A DNA stretch of 64,000 nt from Balanoglossus misakiensis (taxonomy: Eukaryota > Animalia > Hemichordata). Below are positions 49,601 through 61,949 of this stretch, in pieces. The position numbers were made by a program, and so were the translations under genes. Under the pieces are notes generated by a model. It worked only from the letters and a program-made list of their open reading frames with translations. It had not been told where the DNA came from and did no database searches. The stretch's first letter is position 1. Each line of letters starts with the position of its first letter. Location of the stretch: the NCBI GenBank assembly GCA_040954595.2, contig JBECUI020000024.1, positions 558,001 through 622,000 on the forward strand. Reading direction: 5' to 3'.

Positions 49601-50107
49601 GCTAATTTGAAATCATCCCAAAATAAAATGAAACACTTGTACGATAGGGTAGTGAAGAGTCGCGCCTTTAAACCTGGTGACAAAGTATTAGCGTTGTTGC
49701 CCATAACCGGAAATGCTTTGAGCGCACGTTTTCATGGTCCGTATAAAATTCTAGAGAAGGTTGATGATGTAAATTATGTAATTGAAACTCCTGATCGTCG
49801 AAAGGCGACACAATTATGTCATATAAACATGTTAAAGCTTTATCGTAATGAAAACCATGTACATAATGTATTGCCTATAATGTCTCCAGAAGTAGATCAT
49901 GAAACAGACTCGACATATGTAGCAGTTGCTGACGTTAAGAGCGACCATGATGTAAAATTGAAAAACTCAGAGCTGTTGAGTAATCGGGATACTTTATTGG
50001 GGCATTTGTCACCTGACCACAGGAAAGATATTAGTCAGTTATTAGATAAGTATGTCGATTTGTTTCTGATGTGCCGAAGAGGACTAATGTGTGTTTTCAT
50101 GATGTAG
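46634..50107 (+). CDS. gag-pol: Gag (SCAN-like capsid, two CCHC knuckles), protease and integrase
   Basis: ATG at 46634 (MDIAEF). CHYCKKPGHVMSSC, CSYCQKRGHTRNEC, LRDSGATQS, HHCC (AHEG..GHLG..CHVC), IDCVGP, QSDQ, QGALER, FHGPY. Confidence 0.93.
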   Translation: MDIAEFIESPSLAGLEACKKVDLIEIANKLELSVKTSMRKDEIKRIIVAFLVDEDKLPLDALIQYPEIEEKSTNADLRLMELKMEFELKEKLKLKEIEMQEKLKLKEFEIRVKEIETAEKMKIKEMEMRNNLERESMGLRPDVRNEESYFDLGKQIRLVPQFNEDDIDKYFQHFERVANSLKWPKDKWPLLLQSVLKGKAQEAYSNLSPDEYVDYEAVKTAILKAYELVPEAYRQKFRNLQKSSRTHVEFAHLKEVYFDRWCRAKDVGNDFDKLKQLILIEEFKSCVHDEIKTYLDERDIESLHKAATMSDDFALTHKLSSYRGKDHGPGRATASATVANAGGYKPNYSKPPIQVNRTSGSNFNHQNKLRIGSSPPICHYCKKPGHVMSSCPTFPQCSYCQKRGHTRNECLLLKRAQQNVASPNAFVSACPKVVSEALSSRIDEIRKPVIRKEFQPFVTDGFVSVVGGKPMPIRILRDSGATQSLLLEGILPVDSGTDTGEQVIIQGIEGNFLTVPLHRVVLDSSSVSGPVVVGIRPSLPIKGISLLLGNDLAGGRVIADPKVVFGPVTSAETEKLENDIPGIFPACAVTRSQVKHMNKEAHNLESMSDDLDLSETFMGKLISNVVDDESLLKVDDNVSKTSVDKVDSKMSLSREKLISEQSKDSDLAPLFEVVLSVDELKKVPRGYFVNQGVLMRKWRPPTEPASNEWSVLYQIVVPESYRSQILGLAHEGPMGGHLGVSKTMWKITRHFYWPKIRKSVADYCRNCHVCQLVGKPNQSVPVAPLKPIPAFDEPFSKILIDCVGPLPKTRSRNQYLLTIMCMSTRFPEAIPLRNITAPVIAGALSRFFAWVGFPREIQSDQATNFMSGLFQQLVYHMGINQVKSSAYHPESQGALERFHSTLKNMIRVYCFNNDKDWDEGVHLLLFAVRESVQESLGFSPFELIFGHRVRGPLKLLKEQWLDDSPSGMTLLKYVSTFKSRLSEACELARANLKSSQNKMKHLYDRVVKSRAFKPGDKVLALLPITGNALSARFHGPYKILEKVDDVNYVIETPDRRKATQLCHINMLKLYRNENHVHNVLPIMSPEVDHETDSTYVAVADVKSDHDVKLKNSELLSNRDTLLGHLSPDHRKDISQLLDKYVDLFLMCRRGLMCVFMM

Positions 50108-51383
50108 ATGTGGGAAATACCAGACCCATCAAACAACATCCATATCGGGTGAACCCTGAGAAGCTTGAGAAAATTCGGGGTGAAATTAAATATATGTTGA
50201 ATAATGATATCATCGAAACTAGCAATAGCTGTTGGGCTTCGCCATGTCTTTTGGTGGATAAGCCTGATGGCGGTGTAAGATTTTGTACTGATTACAGGAA
50301 AGTTAATGCCATCACCAAAACTGATTCTTATCCCATCCCTCGGATTGATGACTGTATAGATCGCATTGGTAAAGCACAGTATATAACTACTTTAGACTTG
50401 CTTAAAGGTTATTGGTGTGTTCCATTGACTGAAAGAGCCAAGGAGATATCTGCTTTTGCCACACCAGATGGTTTGTATCAGTATAAAGTTATGCCTTTTG
50501 GCATGAAAAATTCTGGAGCTACTTTTCAACGAATGATGAATTCATGTGTAGAAGGGATGAAAGAAACAGATCCCTATATCGATGACATTGCCTCATATGG
50601 TGGTGTACTTTGGTCTGAACATGTAGCATCACTTGACAAATTGTTTGACCGATTGCGACGAGATAACTTGACTGTAAATTTGAGTAAATGTCAATTCGGA
50701 AAGGCTAAAGTTAGGTATTTAGGCCATATTGTGGGGGGAGGTGAAGTGGCTCCTCTTACTGCTAAGATTAAAGATATTGTTGAATATCCGGTGCCAGTAA
50801 ATCGACGTGGTTTAATGCGTTTCTTGGGGATGGCCGGTTACTACAGGAAATTTTGTAGAAACTTTTCTGAAGTGGCTGCCCCTCTAACCAATTTGTTAAA
50901 GAAGGGCAGAAAATTTGAATGGTCTTCGTCATGTCAGATATCATTTGACAAAGTCAAATCGTTGCTGTGTACTGTACCAGTGTTGAAAGCACCCGACTTT
51001 ACCAAACCATTCGCATTGAATGTAGACGCGAGTGACGTGGGAGCTGGGGCTGTATTACTTCAATTTGATGGTGCTAATGTGGCACACTCAGTTGCTTATT
51101 TTTCTAGGAAATTTAATTCTTGTCAACAGAATTACTCTACTATCGAGAAGGAAGCCCTTGCTTTAGTCTTAGCAGTTCAGCACTTTGAAATCTATGTAAC
51201 TTCATCTGGGAAACCCGTTGTAGTTTTTACAGACCATAATCCGCTGGTATTCTTGCATAAGATGAGAATAAGAATCGACGATTGCTTAATTGGAGTTTGT
51301 TGTTACAAGAATATGACTTGGAGATTAGGCACATTCGGGGAAAAGATAATGTATGCGCCGATGCTTTATCCCGTATGTATTAA
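50071..51383 (+). CDS. pol: Reverse transcriptase and RNase H (continuation of pol; frameshifts at ~50066 and ~51267)
   Basis: RFCTDYRKVN, LDLLKGYW, MPFGMKNS, YIDD, VDASDVGAG, EKEAL, TDHNPL. The shifted frame after ~51267 gives NKNRRLLNWSLLLQEYDLEIRHIRGKDNVCADALSRMY*. Confidence 0.93.
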
Positions 51384-51551
51384 TTAACTGTAATTGACTG
51401 GTGTATATATCTCTCATGAAAGATATATTTTGCTACTTAAGAGGAAAATATTTAAAGTTGTAAAAAAAAAAAAAGTATATATTGTATTTGTAAATCTAGA
51501 GTTAGAATTCTTAGAAATTTTGGAATCTTCAATACCAAAATTTCTTGTTCT

Positions 51552-51561
51552 GGAAGGGGGG
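51552..51561 (+). promoter_or_regulatory. Polypurine tract
   Basis: ggaagggggg immediately before the 3' LTR. Confidence 0.85.
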
Positions 51562-52295
51562 TGTGACGATATTCTGTGATATAGCATAATTGTATGTACT
51601 TGTAATTGTCTCTCTAGAGTTTACGCCCTCGGTGGTGAGATTTAGTATATTGAATACGTGTGTTTTAGTAGCTTGGGGAGTCTTGAGGACCACCTGGTCT
51701 GACTACTTCCTAGGGGATTTGATAGGATGGCAGCCATAGCGTTTGACGTGTATGATTTTGGATCCATAGACATCCTCCAACCATGTGAGTTTTGACTATC
51801 ACTTTTCATCTCAACCTGTGGTATATTTTAATAACCCAGCACACTACACTGAATTGATGTCGAGATGTTCTGAAATTGGGCGTTTAGCCGTACGGAACTT
51901 TGATCTGTCAATGGACATTGCTGGTGTGGAATAAATGTGCGGTGACGTCTCGGTGTACTTTGGCAAGTGCACGAAGAGTATCTGCGTCGCGGTCAAGTCG
52001 GACAGGAGGAAGACCTGGATGAATTACCAGACTCCACATGCATGCCAACGAGGACGATGTTTGTCGGACTTTATTTATTAGATTTAAGTTAAGTTAAGAT
52101 AAGTTAAGATTGTAACGGATTATTTTCATAAGTTTGACCATGTGGCGTTTTGATTGTCATGTCTGTATATGGTATTTTGATGTACGGGTAATATTTTCAT
52201 GATTAGTAATTAAATCCCCAGGTGGAATATATTTTCGTAGATTTGATCGTTCGATTCGATTTGTCTAGTTCACGTATAGCCGTCGATGCGTGACA
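51562..52295 (+). repeat. 3' LTR
   Basis: Direct copy of 45808-46541. Confidence 0.96.
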
Positions 52296-55200
52296 GACGA
52301 CTATGCCTCGAAGCAAAAGACACAGCCGACCCTGCCACGCAGATTCATTTGTTGTGTCACACATTTTCGATCCAAGAAGAGAATATCAACCTTGACGTTG
52401 CGAAAATGACAAGAAACTTTCACTCATATAGGTTGTGTGATTACTTACCCGCAACTTGTTGGGAATTGCTGTCACCAGAGGTGCCCACAGCGTGAAAGCC
52501 AGAATGACTGCGACGCCTGCATTGGAGTCATGAATGGAAACATCGATGAACACGTTCGGTCTTCGATGAGGCTAGTGTCCACAGAATAGGCATTCTTTTA
52601 TAACGCAGCTGGGAGGTGGTAAATCCATTGTGATCACCATGCTATTAGTAGCCCAAGCAGTCAAAATTTGCGAAAAATATATAAATATGGAAAAAATATA
52701 TCAATGGGATCAATAGTTATTAAGCACTTTTTAAAAACAAATGACACCGTAAGATCAATTATCTTGTTTTCCGCGACAAGTTTCAACATGGTATGTCAGC
52801 GCTACCAGTGAATAATATTATTAGAAACTATGACAGCTGTAACCGTGCGATTAATGATTTCATCAATTTTAATCATATACTTGTGAATATTTGCGCGGGT
52901 GCTGGTTTAATAAACTGTGTTGATATATAGGTGGAAGACTGTTTAGTTTTCCAGTCAATGATGTGATGTATTACGCCTGACGCTTAAATGATTTGGTCTA
53001 GGGAGAATAACCGCGTTTGGCCGGTCAAGCGAACCCTGGATCTTGCAGGCTCTGCCCACTTTCCAATCAACAACCATTGAGCATGCGCAGTTGATACTTC
53101 ACATTGTAAACAAGATGGCGTCGCTGTATATGCTTCTGGACCGCTGTCGCCCGACTATGTCGGCAAAGAAGAGGCGAATTTAACCAAGCAACGCCATATC
53201 GGAAGATAGAATGATCGCGAGATGAAACCGGGATATCCAACGATTTGGCAGCCATGTTGATTGATTGGTAAGTCGCCGAAGTAACTATTTGCCATTGATT
53301 TGTTTACCAGAAACGGTTTGCCTTTGGAACACATTTGACCTCACCGAAATTGATTTCAGAGTTTTTTCCCAAGAACTAATGACGTTCGTTTTCACCTTTC
53401 TGTCCCGAAGTTGCAAACGTGTTGTCTCTGAGAAAATAAATGTGATTTGTACCCGCGATAATCATAGTTCGGATTTCAACCCACAACATCAACGCCAGCC
53501 ATTCACCAACATGTGCCAGATAATGTTTATCAGTCATATTTTCTCAGTCTGAATTTACAAAAGACTAATTGTATATTATGCACATTGCAATTTTAATATG
53601 TAACACGTTTGACCTGAGTGGGAGAATGGATTGAAGGGACACAAGCTTTTGTAGCCACTTATATTTTGACACTGTTTATATAAATGTTGAGCTGGCATAT
53701 TTGTTCCCTTATGATGTAGTGTACCTGTTGCATTGAAATGAAGCTGTAATATTAAAGTGCAATTTAGTCCTTTGGTTTACTGGGAAAATGAGGTCAATAA
53801 ATGACAGGTTTATTTAGATATATGATATATTTCTCACAAGCACTTATGCATATGTATGAGATACTTATTTATTTTTAATTTATGTATTTATTTTTAATTT
53901 ATTTTGTTTGTTCAGGTAATCATATGGATTTGTATGGAATCACATACACATTAATTAAAGACTATCATATCACAGAAGTCGAGCCTCAACATGTGTAAGG
54001 TAACCATTTAGGTTTCATGACTAAGTTTGTTTAAGAATTCATAAAGCACGAATTCTACCTAATGAATGAATTTTCTTAGAATTTCACAACTGTGACAGGG
54101 TTTGCAGTTATACGAAAAAGTGTTATTATTCACATACGAAACTTTTAGTATACATTTTTCTGATAGCAATGCATTTAACTTTGAACAAATATTGACGTCA
54201 GTTAGTAGTGCTATTTTGTCAGTGAAATTGCTTCATCATCATCCCTCCAACCAAAGTTGAAACTGAGTTGCAAATATTGCACAGCTTGAAATCATAAAAT
54301 GTTGCAAAATTGAACCAACCATTCGGTCAACGATTATGTTCTTACAGCTATTATTAGAAGCAGACAGTCTCAGGGAACAAGATACATGGGCCTGATTTGC
54401 AAACTGAGTTGGAACTAACCTTGCCTGCCCATGGATGCGCCAATTCAGTGAATCTTATCGTATTAAAAATGAATATGGAGAACTATTCTCTGTGTTGTGA
54501 TTGTTAGCCTACATGTATACATATGTACCTTGAGTGATTCCACTTTCTTCAGTGTCCTGTGAATTCAGTTGCCATAACTTGCGCTTCACACAGCGCATAC
54601 ATGTAGGTCTAATCAATTGGGCAACTGGGTCTTACAATATTATCTGATGCCTCTTACTGGCCGAAGGACCACAAGTTGCATTTTCATATCGCATATAAAT
54701 AGAAAACCCATTAATTTCTACTGTATGATTTTATTGACGATTCAATAGTTTCATGACTGTTAGTGTTAATTACAATACCTAAATTCCCAAATGAAAGCAT
54801 GCTGTCAGTTTTCATGTGATTGATATTAATTTTACAATTTCAAAATATGCTTAGCTCTGAATGATTATGAACATATCAAACTTCATGTTAAATAAACTGT
54901 CTTGATATTGTATACATTAAGGCCTACTACCAGTGTCACAACATTGATTTCCTGCATTTTTGCTCATGCCTTCTGACCAGTCAGTTGCCTCTGTATGTGT
55001 GTATGTAGTATGTATGGATGTATGTATGTCTGTCCACATCAAAAACTTGAAAACCCCTTCGCGTATCCCCTTGATATTTGGTGTGTAGATGTAGGCCAGC
55101 CTGTAAATAGGATTTTGTTCATATTAAGAAGGTTGAAGTATTTTCATGATTGGTTTTATTTGATTACTCCAGAAACATACAATACAGAGTCTGTGTGGTA

Positions 55201-58200
55201 AGTCTTGATATTGGGTTTTTAGATGCAGGCACGCCTGTTCAAATGAAATATGCTAATTACCTGGAGCATTGTGAAATTGATCAAAACTCAGAAACTCAAC
55301 AACTGGTCAGATTGCTTTGAACATTTGTATGCATGTAGCCTATGTCACGCCTGATATACTTTCAGCTAATATCGTGAATTGTATCTAGAATTTAGTAAGC
55401 TATTTCCTATAGGTAATCTTTGTTAGTATTGTTTAAATTGTGGCAAAATTTGTAATTTTTGGGAAATATAATTTTGTTATTTTTGGTCAAAAATCATTTT
55501 CTCTGAAACTCCATGTCAGGTCAGGTTGCATTTAAATTTTGGTTTGCTTGTTCCATGAGGTAACCCAAGTAATGTTGTATATCATTTTGGTGAAATTTGC
55601 ATATTTGTGGTCTTGAGGCAATTTTTGCAATTTGTATTCTTTGAAACCGCATGTCAAATTGCTTTCAATTTTGGTAGGCATGTTCCTTGTGGTGATTGAA
55701 GTGAGATATTGTTGGATTTGTTGATATCTGAATTTTTGTGGTTGAGGCAGTTTTTGTCATTGTTGAAGAAATGTTGTTTTCACTGAAAATACTCCGATTC
55801 CTGTGAAATTGTATTAGGTTACCTGGTAGGTCATATCTGCTTGGCAATGTCACAGCGGTGTACACACCTATTTTTGTGTAATCCAAAGTGTGTAATAACC
55901 TAGCAAATATTTACTAGTAAATCATGTATGTTCTACTTCTTACAAGGTTGAAGTATGTTGATGTCTGGGTTAAATGGGATTCTTCAGAAACATACAATAC
56001 AGAGTCTGTGGTACAGTTCATGGTCACATTCAGAATTACCTAGTCTATATCCAGCCGTGTTCTGTCCGCTTTGCTTCCAAAAGTATCGTCTAGTGTCATG
56101 CATGCCACTTGCCCAATAATCTGACACCCCTTGCTGGGAAATTTGATGTAACAAGTGTCCCTTAGTGAAATTATTAACATAAACTGAACAATGTTGATTT
56201 GGCGTAAGATTATAGTGAAGGCAGGGCTTATTACATTGAAAATGCTATCCAGCCTTAATTACACATTATGAATATCCTTTGTCCAATCATTGGAAAAACA
56301 ATGTACCGTAGACTTGCATAGCACTTTGAAGGTGAATCGCAAGTGGTCACTTTAATTACATTACCTCAAGCAGTCTTTTACATGTAGCTATAATAAGACA
56401 AACATTCCCGGTGTAATTAACATCACTGTTGTTATTAGTATCTATCTCCGATAAGTATCAAGTCTGCCTTATGTTATTTTAAGTCAATTGTCAGGTTCAT
56501 GTACATATTTTACAACTTATCTATCTTGTCAAAAACTTTCGCATGTACCTAATTCTAGGCTTACCAGTAGGGTTATAGATTAACATGCATTAATATGAAA
56601 CTAAATGTTGATGGTTAATTAAAGACCCCCTTGAGCTATGGTAACCTCATTAAATATGTGCATATCTTATTCTAGAGGATGTGGTAACCTGGACATGGAC
56701 AACTCTGCGGTCAAAATCTTTTGACAAACTTTTGGGTGATCTTGGGTAAACTTTGACCTACATTCCTATATCTTGGCATCCGGCACAGATACATCCTTGA
56801 CACTTGGAGTTATGGAACTATGTAATGGAATATTATGTCTTGTCTCATTAATTATGTACATACCTAATGCCAGCCTAACCAATAGGGCTGGAAGTCTGCC
56901 TTTTTTTGGACATGATACATTTGAGATCAACATTTTTCTACAGCAGCCAGCCTTCTCTTAAAAAGAATGGACAATATAAAGGCTTTGCTGGTATACTGAA
57001 CTTTTGACTCCCTCCCTGAGACTGTGTGCCAATGACGGGATAGCCTACTCAGCGTTGGGTAGATCCTAAGAAGGCCTCAGCCAGGCATCAGATACAAAAA
57101 GCGGAAATCCAAGCTTTAATGGTGGGTTACATCGTTAACTTCCCTGCAGAGCTGATTTCTCAGACTGTGAGCCAATGACGGGTAAAGCCCCTAGGTAGGG
57201 GCCACCTAAGACAGGCCGGTCATGCTTTAGTCACAAAGAAGGGCAAGTTCAGTCATACCATAACTTTGTCTGCTGTATATGCTTCATAATGATTGCATGG
57301 TATTTTGAGAATACATTGTCTTAAGGCAGTGTGACCAGCTAAAAAGTACTGGCAAACACAGCCAATGTGTAATAAAAAACATCTAATTTGGCTGAATAAA
57401 AGACATAAAACACAGCAAAAGCACTGTGACTAGCTGAGACATAATACTCCATTATGCATTTCCATCACTCCAAGTGTCAAGGTTGCATCTGCTCTGGATG
57501 CCAAGATATAGTAATGTTGGTCAAGGTTTACCCAAAGTCACCCAAAGTTCTGTCAAACAATTTTGACCCCAATGTTGTCCATGTTTAGGTTTCTCCCTCC
57601 ACTGGATAGCCTACAATTAGATATGCAAATATTTAATGACGTTACCATAGATTAAGGCGGTCCTAAATTAACCATGAAATTATAGTTTCATGTTAATTCT
57701 TGTTATTACAAAACACTGTATCTATAACCCTTCTGGAAGCCATACTTTTTTTCATGCTACCCAATATGTGAAAGTAGGTAAAAAATCAGCCAAGGTTATT
57801 TGAAATTTTGCTGAAAAAAATCCGGTCCCTGACATTTGGTAAAGGAGTCAAGACACTTGGCAACAAATTTTTGTCCCAGATTAGAACATATTCATAAAAA
57901 ACTCAGGGAAAGAAGGAAGTTTTTCACAGCTTTGGTGCTTCAAATAGTAGAGAGGTTCCCAAGTTATTTCAATGAAACCTTAATGTCAACATTACATCGT
58001 TAGACTCGAACTCATCTGGCATAAAGCTGCTAGTTAAAGCCCTAAGGGTTGTGCCACTTTTTCATTATTTTCATCTAAGATTTGTCAATCTAAATAAGCT
58101 TACTGCTAGGTATACATCTACATGAACATCTTGTTGACAGACGATTGTGGCTGTAATTTAAAGAAGTCAGATATTTAACAGGTACCACACCTGTTTAATC

Positions 58201-58499
58201 TGCCTCTATACAAAGGGTACACATCTATAGTGGTATGCATCACCTAGATATGACAAACATAAGCACTACAAGTAATATGGCTTTATGGTGGCGATTTTGA
58301 AGGATGTGGAGAAGATTTGAAAAACACTCTTGAGGAAAAAGATGTGTTAAATCTTTGAAATGTGTTTTATTCTTTGGTTCCCATTTCGTATATGTCTATC
58401 TACCACTGGGACCAATGTGAAATTGGTGGAAACTGGTCAAATTGCTTTAGAAATTGGTGTGTATTCATTTTGAGACCTCATGGATTTTTTTTAATTTTT

Positions 58500-60822
58500 A
58501 GCTCACGTGAAAATCACGTGAGCTTATGGTTTAGCGATGTCTGTGTGTGTGTGTCTGTCTGTATACCCGATATCTCAAGAACCGCTGAACCGATTTCAAC
58601 CAAATTTAGTACACAGGTTCAGATATCATATGGCAAGAACTGAAAATGTTTTGGTGGGTGTGGCTTTGATATTAATGAAGTTATTTAAGTTTTAATTTTT
58701 CTATTACATGGCTGTCTATGTGAGCTTTCGTTAATGCCGCATATATGACCAGTGGAAACGATAGTTTGAGGAGATCGACTGTTTGAGGGCGCTGTGAAAT
58801 GAGACATTCCTGGCGATATTGCCGTTGTTCTGTCCATGCTCAGACGATGTACCCGTCGTTACGAATAACTTCCCTACGTGAATCCACAAGGAAGCTAACG
58901 TTGTTTAGTTGCTTCATAGAGCGTAAATTGTTAATCTACAGGACTGTCAGACGAATACTCTTTTCAAATGAAGTTTGAAACTACTTACGAGTAAGTTAGT
59001 GGAGACAATATGGCGGATAGTTGGCGTGCAGCCGAATCCGCGTTATGACTATGACGTGACCCATTCATCAAGACAAACCGTAAATGATTCACGCATATTG
59101 TGGTCCTCACGCAGTCAATCTCAAAATGTCACCAGGCTTTCTATTTGTCTATTGTTCAGAGAAAAATAACGTGGCGGTTGATCACACTCAACAGTAAAAT
59201 CCGTTTTGTGAGTTTATAGACAGTCTGTTATCGCCAATACTATATAGCGATTGCTAGATGGCTTACCCAATATGTGATCGAGCGAGAATGATAACATTGA
59301 ATGTCTGTTCAGATCTCATTCCGTACGTCATACGTCAACATTTCGATTTCGATTTAATCCATTCATAAAGAATTTAGAGAAAGTCGTCTTGAATTGTGAC
59401 CCCGACTATCAATTTTACGATGATTTTTTGGCGACGGAATACACGAGACGCCATTGCATAACTACGTCAGCTGGACTTCCAAGGTTACCATTTTGTGTGT
59501 ATGGAATCTTATCACAGAGACTACGTACTTTGACAATATGCCATGCTATATCAATGACGCCCCAGAAAATTTGTCGAAAAATGAATTTGTCTTCTCATGG
59601 TGGTGCAATATATTTTAATGTCTATTTTGAGGTTGATTTTGGTTTTTGGCTAACATGTATATCAATGTCAGCTTATAGCATAAGTTGGTGTCCGTCGTCT
59701 ATGTATGTCTGTATGTGTGCCTCATACAGAATTATGTATTTTGCGAATGGATCAGTTTCGTCTAAATGTATTGATGTATGTATGTGTATGTCCATCAACA
59801 TCAAAAACTTGAAACTACTGATATTTAGTGTGTACATAGAAATTGTTATTGCGAAAAAATGCATACTGGTATTAACTGGAAAAATGTTCAAATAGTCAAA
59901 ATTGAAAAACTTAATAACAGCGGATCAGATTCAGTTAAAAATTGGCGTGCATTGGTGTGCAAGTACTATGGGAAGACCTCGTATGATTTTGTTCAGGTGG
60001 AGTCAGTATCTGGCGTTTGCTATTTTTTATGAATGTTTGGGGGAATTTTCTGCAGTTTTGTTTAAAAAAATTCTTCTCTGAAATTACATGTCCAATTGAT
60101 TGGAAACTTGGTATGGAGGTTCATAGGGCTTACCTGAATCACATTTGTGCAAACGGTGGTGAAATTTGCAAAAATGCATTTTTGGTCAATATTTCCTGTT
60201 TTTGTCAAAAAATCAAATCCCGTGAAACTGTAAGTGCAATTGTTTTGATACTTTGTATTTGGGTTTCTAGGGGTGATCTCAGTCAGATATGATCAAATTG
60301 TAAAGAAATTTGCATAATTGTATTTTTTGGGAATTCTGCAGGGTTTGGCCAAATAGTCTTCAGTGAAACCACAAGTCCAATTGATTGGAAACTTTGAATG
60401 GGAATTCATATATGTGATATCAGTCAGATTTGTCTGAATTACCTGTTGTTTGCCAAAATGTCTTCCTTATTGAAACTTGTTAAAGAGGTTCTTAGGCATG
60501 AACAGAAATCAGATTTGTTGAAATCTGGTGAAATATTCATACTTTTTGGTATATTTCTTGCCATTTTTGATCAACGAGTTTTAGAATTCCATAGACTTAT
60601 CTTTTTATGCAGTTCAGGATGGGGTACATGACTCATAACCCCTTACAAAAATTGACAAGGCAACAATTCCACAAACATGTTTACATTTCACAATGGTGCA
60701 ACACACAACCCTTACACCATATACACTATAAACCAAATTGGTTTAACACTGGTTTTTCTAATCTTGTTATTCTGTCAACCAATCACAGTACTGCACGTGA
60801 GCATATTCAGTTAATATCTGGT
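58500..60822 (+). mobile_element. Non-autonomous Helentron/DINE-1-like element, ~2.3 kb
   Basis: Starts tttt|agctcacgtgaaaatcacgtgagct followed by a (TG/TCTG) microsatellite. SubTIR gctcacgtg / cacgtgagc (60794-60802). Inserted in a T-run; empty site in the left arm at ~33125. Confidence 0.8.
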
Positions 60823-61949
60823 TTGAAGTATATTTTTGGGGTGATTTTGTTCAAATACTCAAAAACCTCTACTCACAGTTCTTTGAAATTTGGTTTGCAG
60901 GTTCCTAGGTGTGTTATCACGACATTTTAACAAATCCTATGATGGAACTGTCAATATAGTTTTTGTGGACAATTTTTGCCATTTTTGTTTGATTGCTTTG
61001 CAATTTTTTGTTTTGCAGTTTCCAGGGGATTTTTTTACTGTGATATATCATAAATGTTCTGAAAATGAAAAAATTGTATTTTGGGGGCATAAAAAAAATT
61101 CTCAGAAAGTGCATGGTTGATCACTTTAAAAGTTTAGTAGTGAGTTAATGATATGTGCTTCTTTAGAATGATAATTGAATCAAATCATAGCTGAATTAGT
61201 TTTTTTGTTTATTTTGTTTGATATTTTTTCCTTATACCTCAAAAATTGTTATTATAAAAGGGAAATTACCATTACATAGTTGTTTGCAATTAAGGAGGAC
61301 CCCCTCCCCCACTGAAAATCGTATACACCTTGATCTCTCTATGTCTGTATTCATGTCTGTATGTATGTTTTACAAATGTATGCTCCCAATAAGAGTGAAA
61401 TGATTTTTTTTTATTGTAATACTTCTAAAGTGATTATTTCCTATGAGATATACAGTCTTATTACCTAATCTTTTCTGAAATTGTACCTCATGCTGTGTAT
61501 GAAAAGTCTAATATATGTCATTGTCAAGATCCCCAAAACAGGCTGATATAGTATCACATAACATTTGATAAAAGTATCCCAAACAGTGTGGCAATTTTGG
61601 TATACAGAAAAAAAACACTAGAATGACAACAGCTACATGTATGTAGGCTAGCAATAGGAACACAGATAACAATTCTCCATATTCATTTTTAAATACGATA
61701 AGATTCGCTGAAATTGGCACATCTGTGTGCAGGCAAAGTCAGTTCCAACTCGGCTTGCAAATCGGACCAATGTCTCTTGTTCGCTGAGACTGTATGGTTC
61801 TAGTAATAGCTGTAAGAACTTGATCATTGACCAAACTCTTGGTTCAATTTTGCAACATTTTATGATTTCAAGCTGTACATATTTAACTCCGTTTCAACTA
61901 TGGTTGGAGGGATAATAATGGAGCCATTTCACTGACAAAATAGCGCTTA

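Larger units (their letters stand above)
45808..52295 (+). mobile_element. Full-length Ty3/Gypsy LTR retrotransposon, Gmr1-like (PR-INT-RT-RH order)
   Basis: Two 734-bp TG..CA LTRs, 4-bp TSD GACG (45804-45807, 52296-52299), PBS, PPT and gag-pol. Confidence 0.97.

Noticed and set aside
50040-50110. Programmed ribosomal frameshift between INT and RT
   Set aside because: No slippery heptamer visible; a 1-bp loss restoring LF(P)DVPKRT is simpler, and a second indel exists in RNase H.
57020-57220. Canonical SECIS, U4 snRNA or H/ACA snoRNA call for the conserved motifs
   Set aside because: Helix after AUGA is too short for SECIS and no selenoprotein ORF is present; no Sm site or other U4 sequence; the opposite-strand ACA reading loses G-U pairs and I found no rRNA target. 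Kept only as an unidentified motif.
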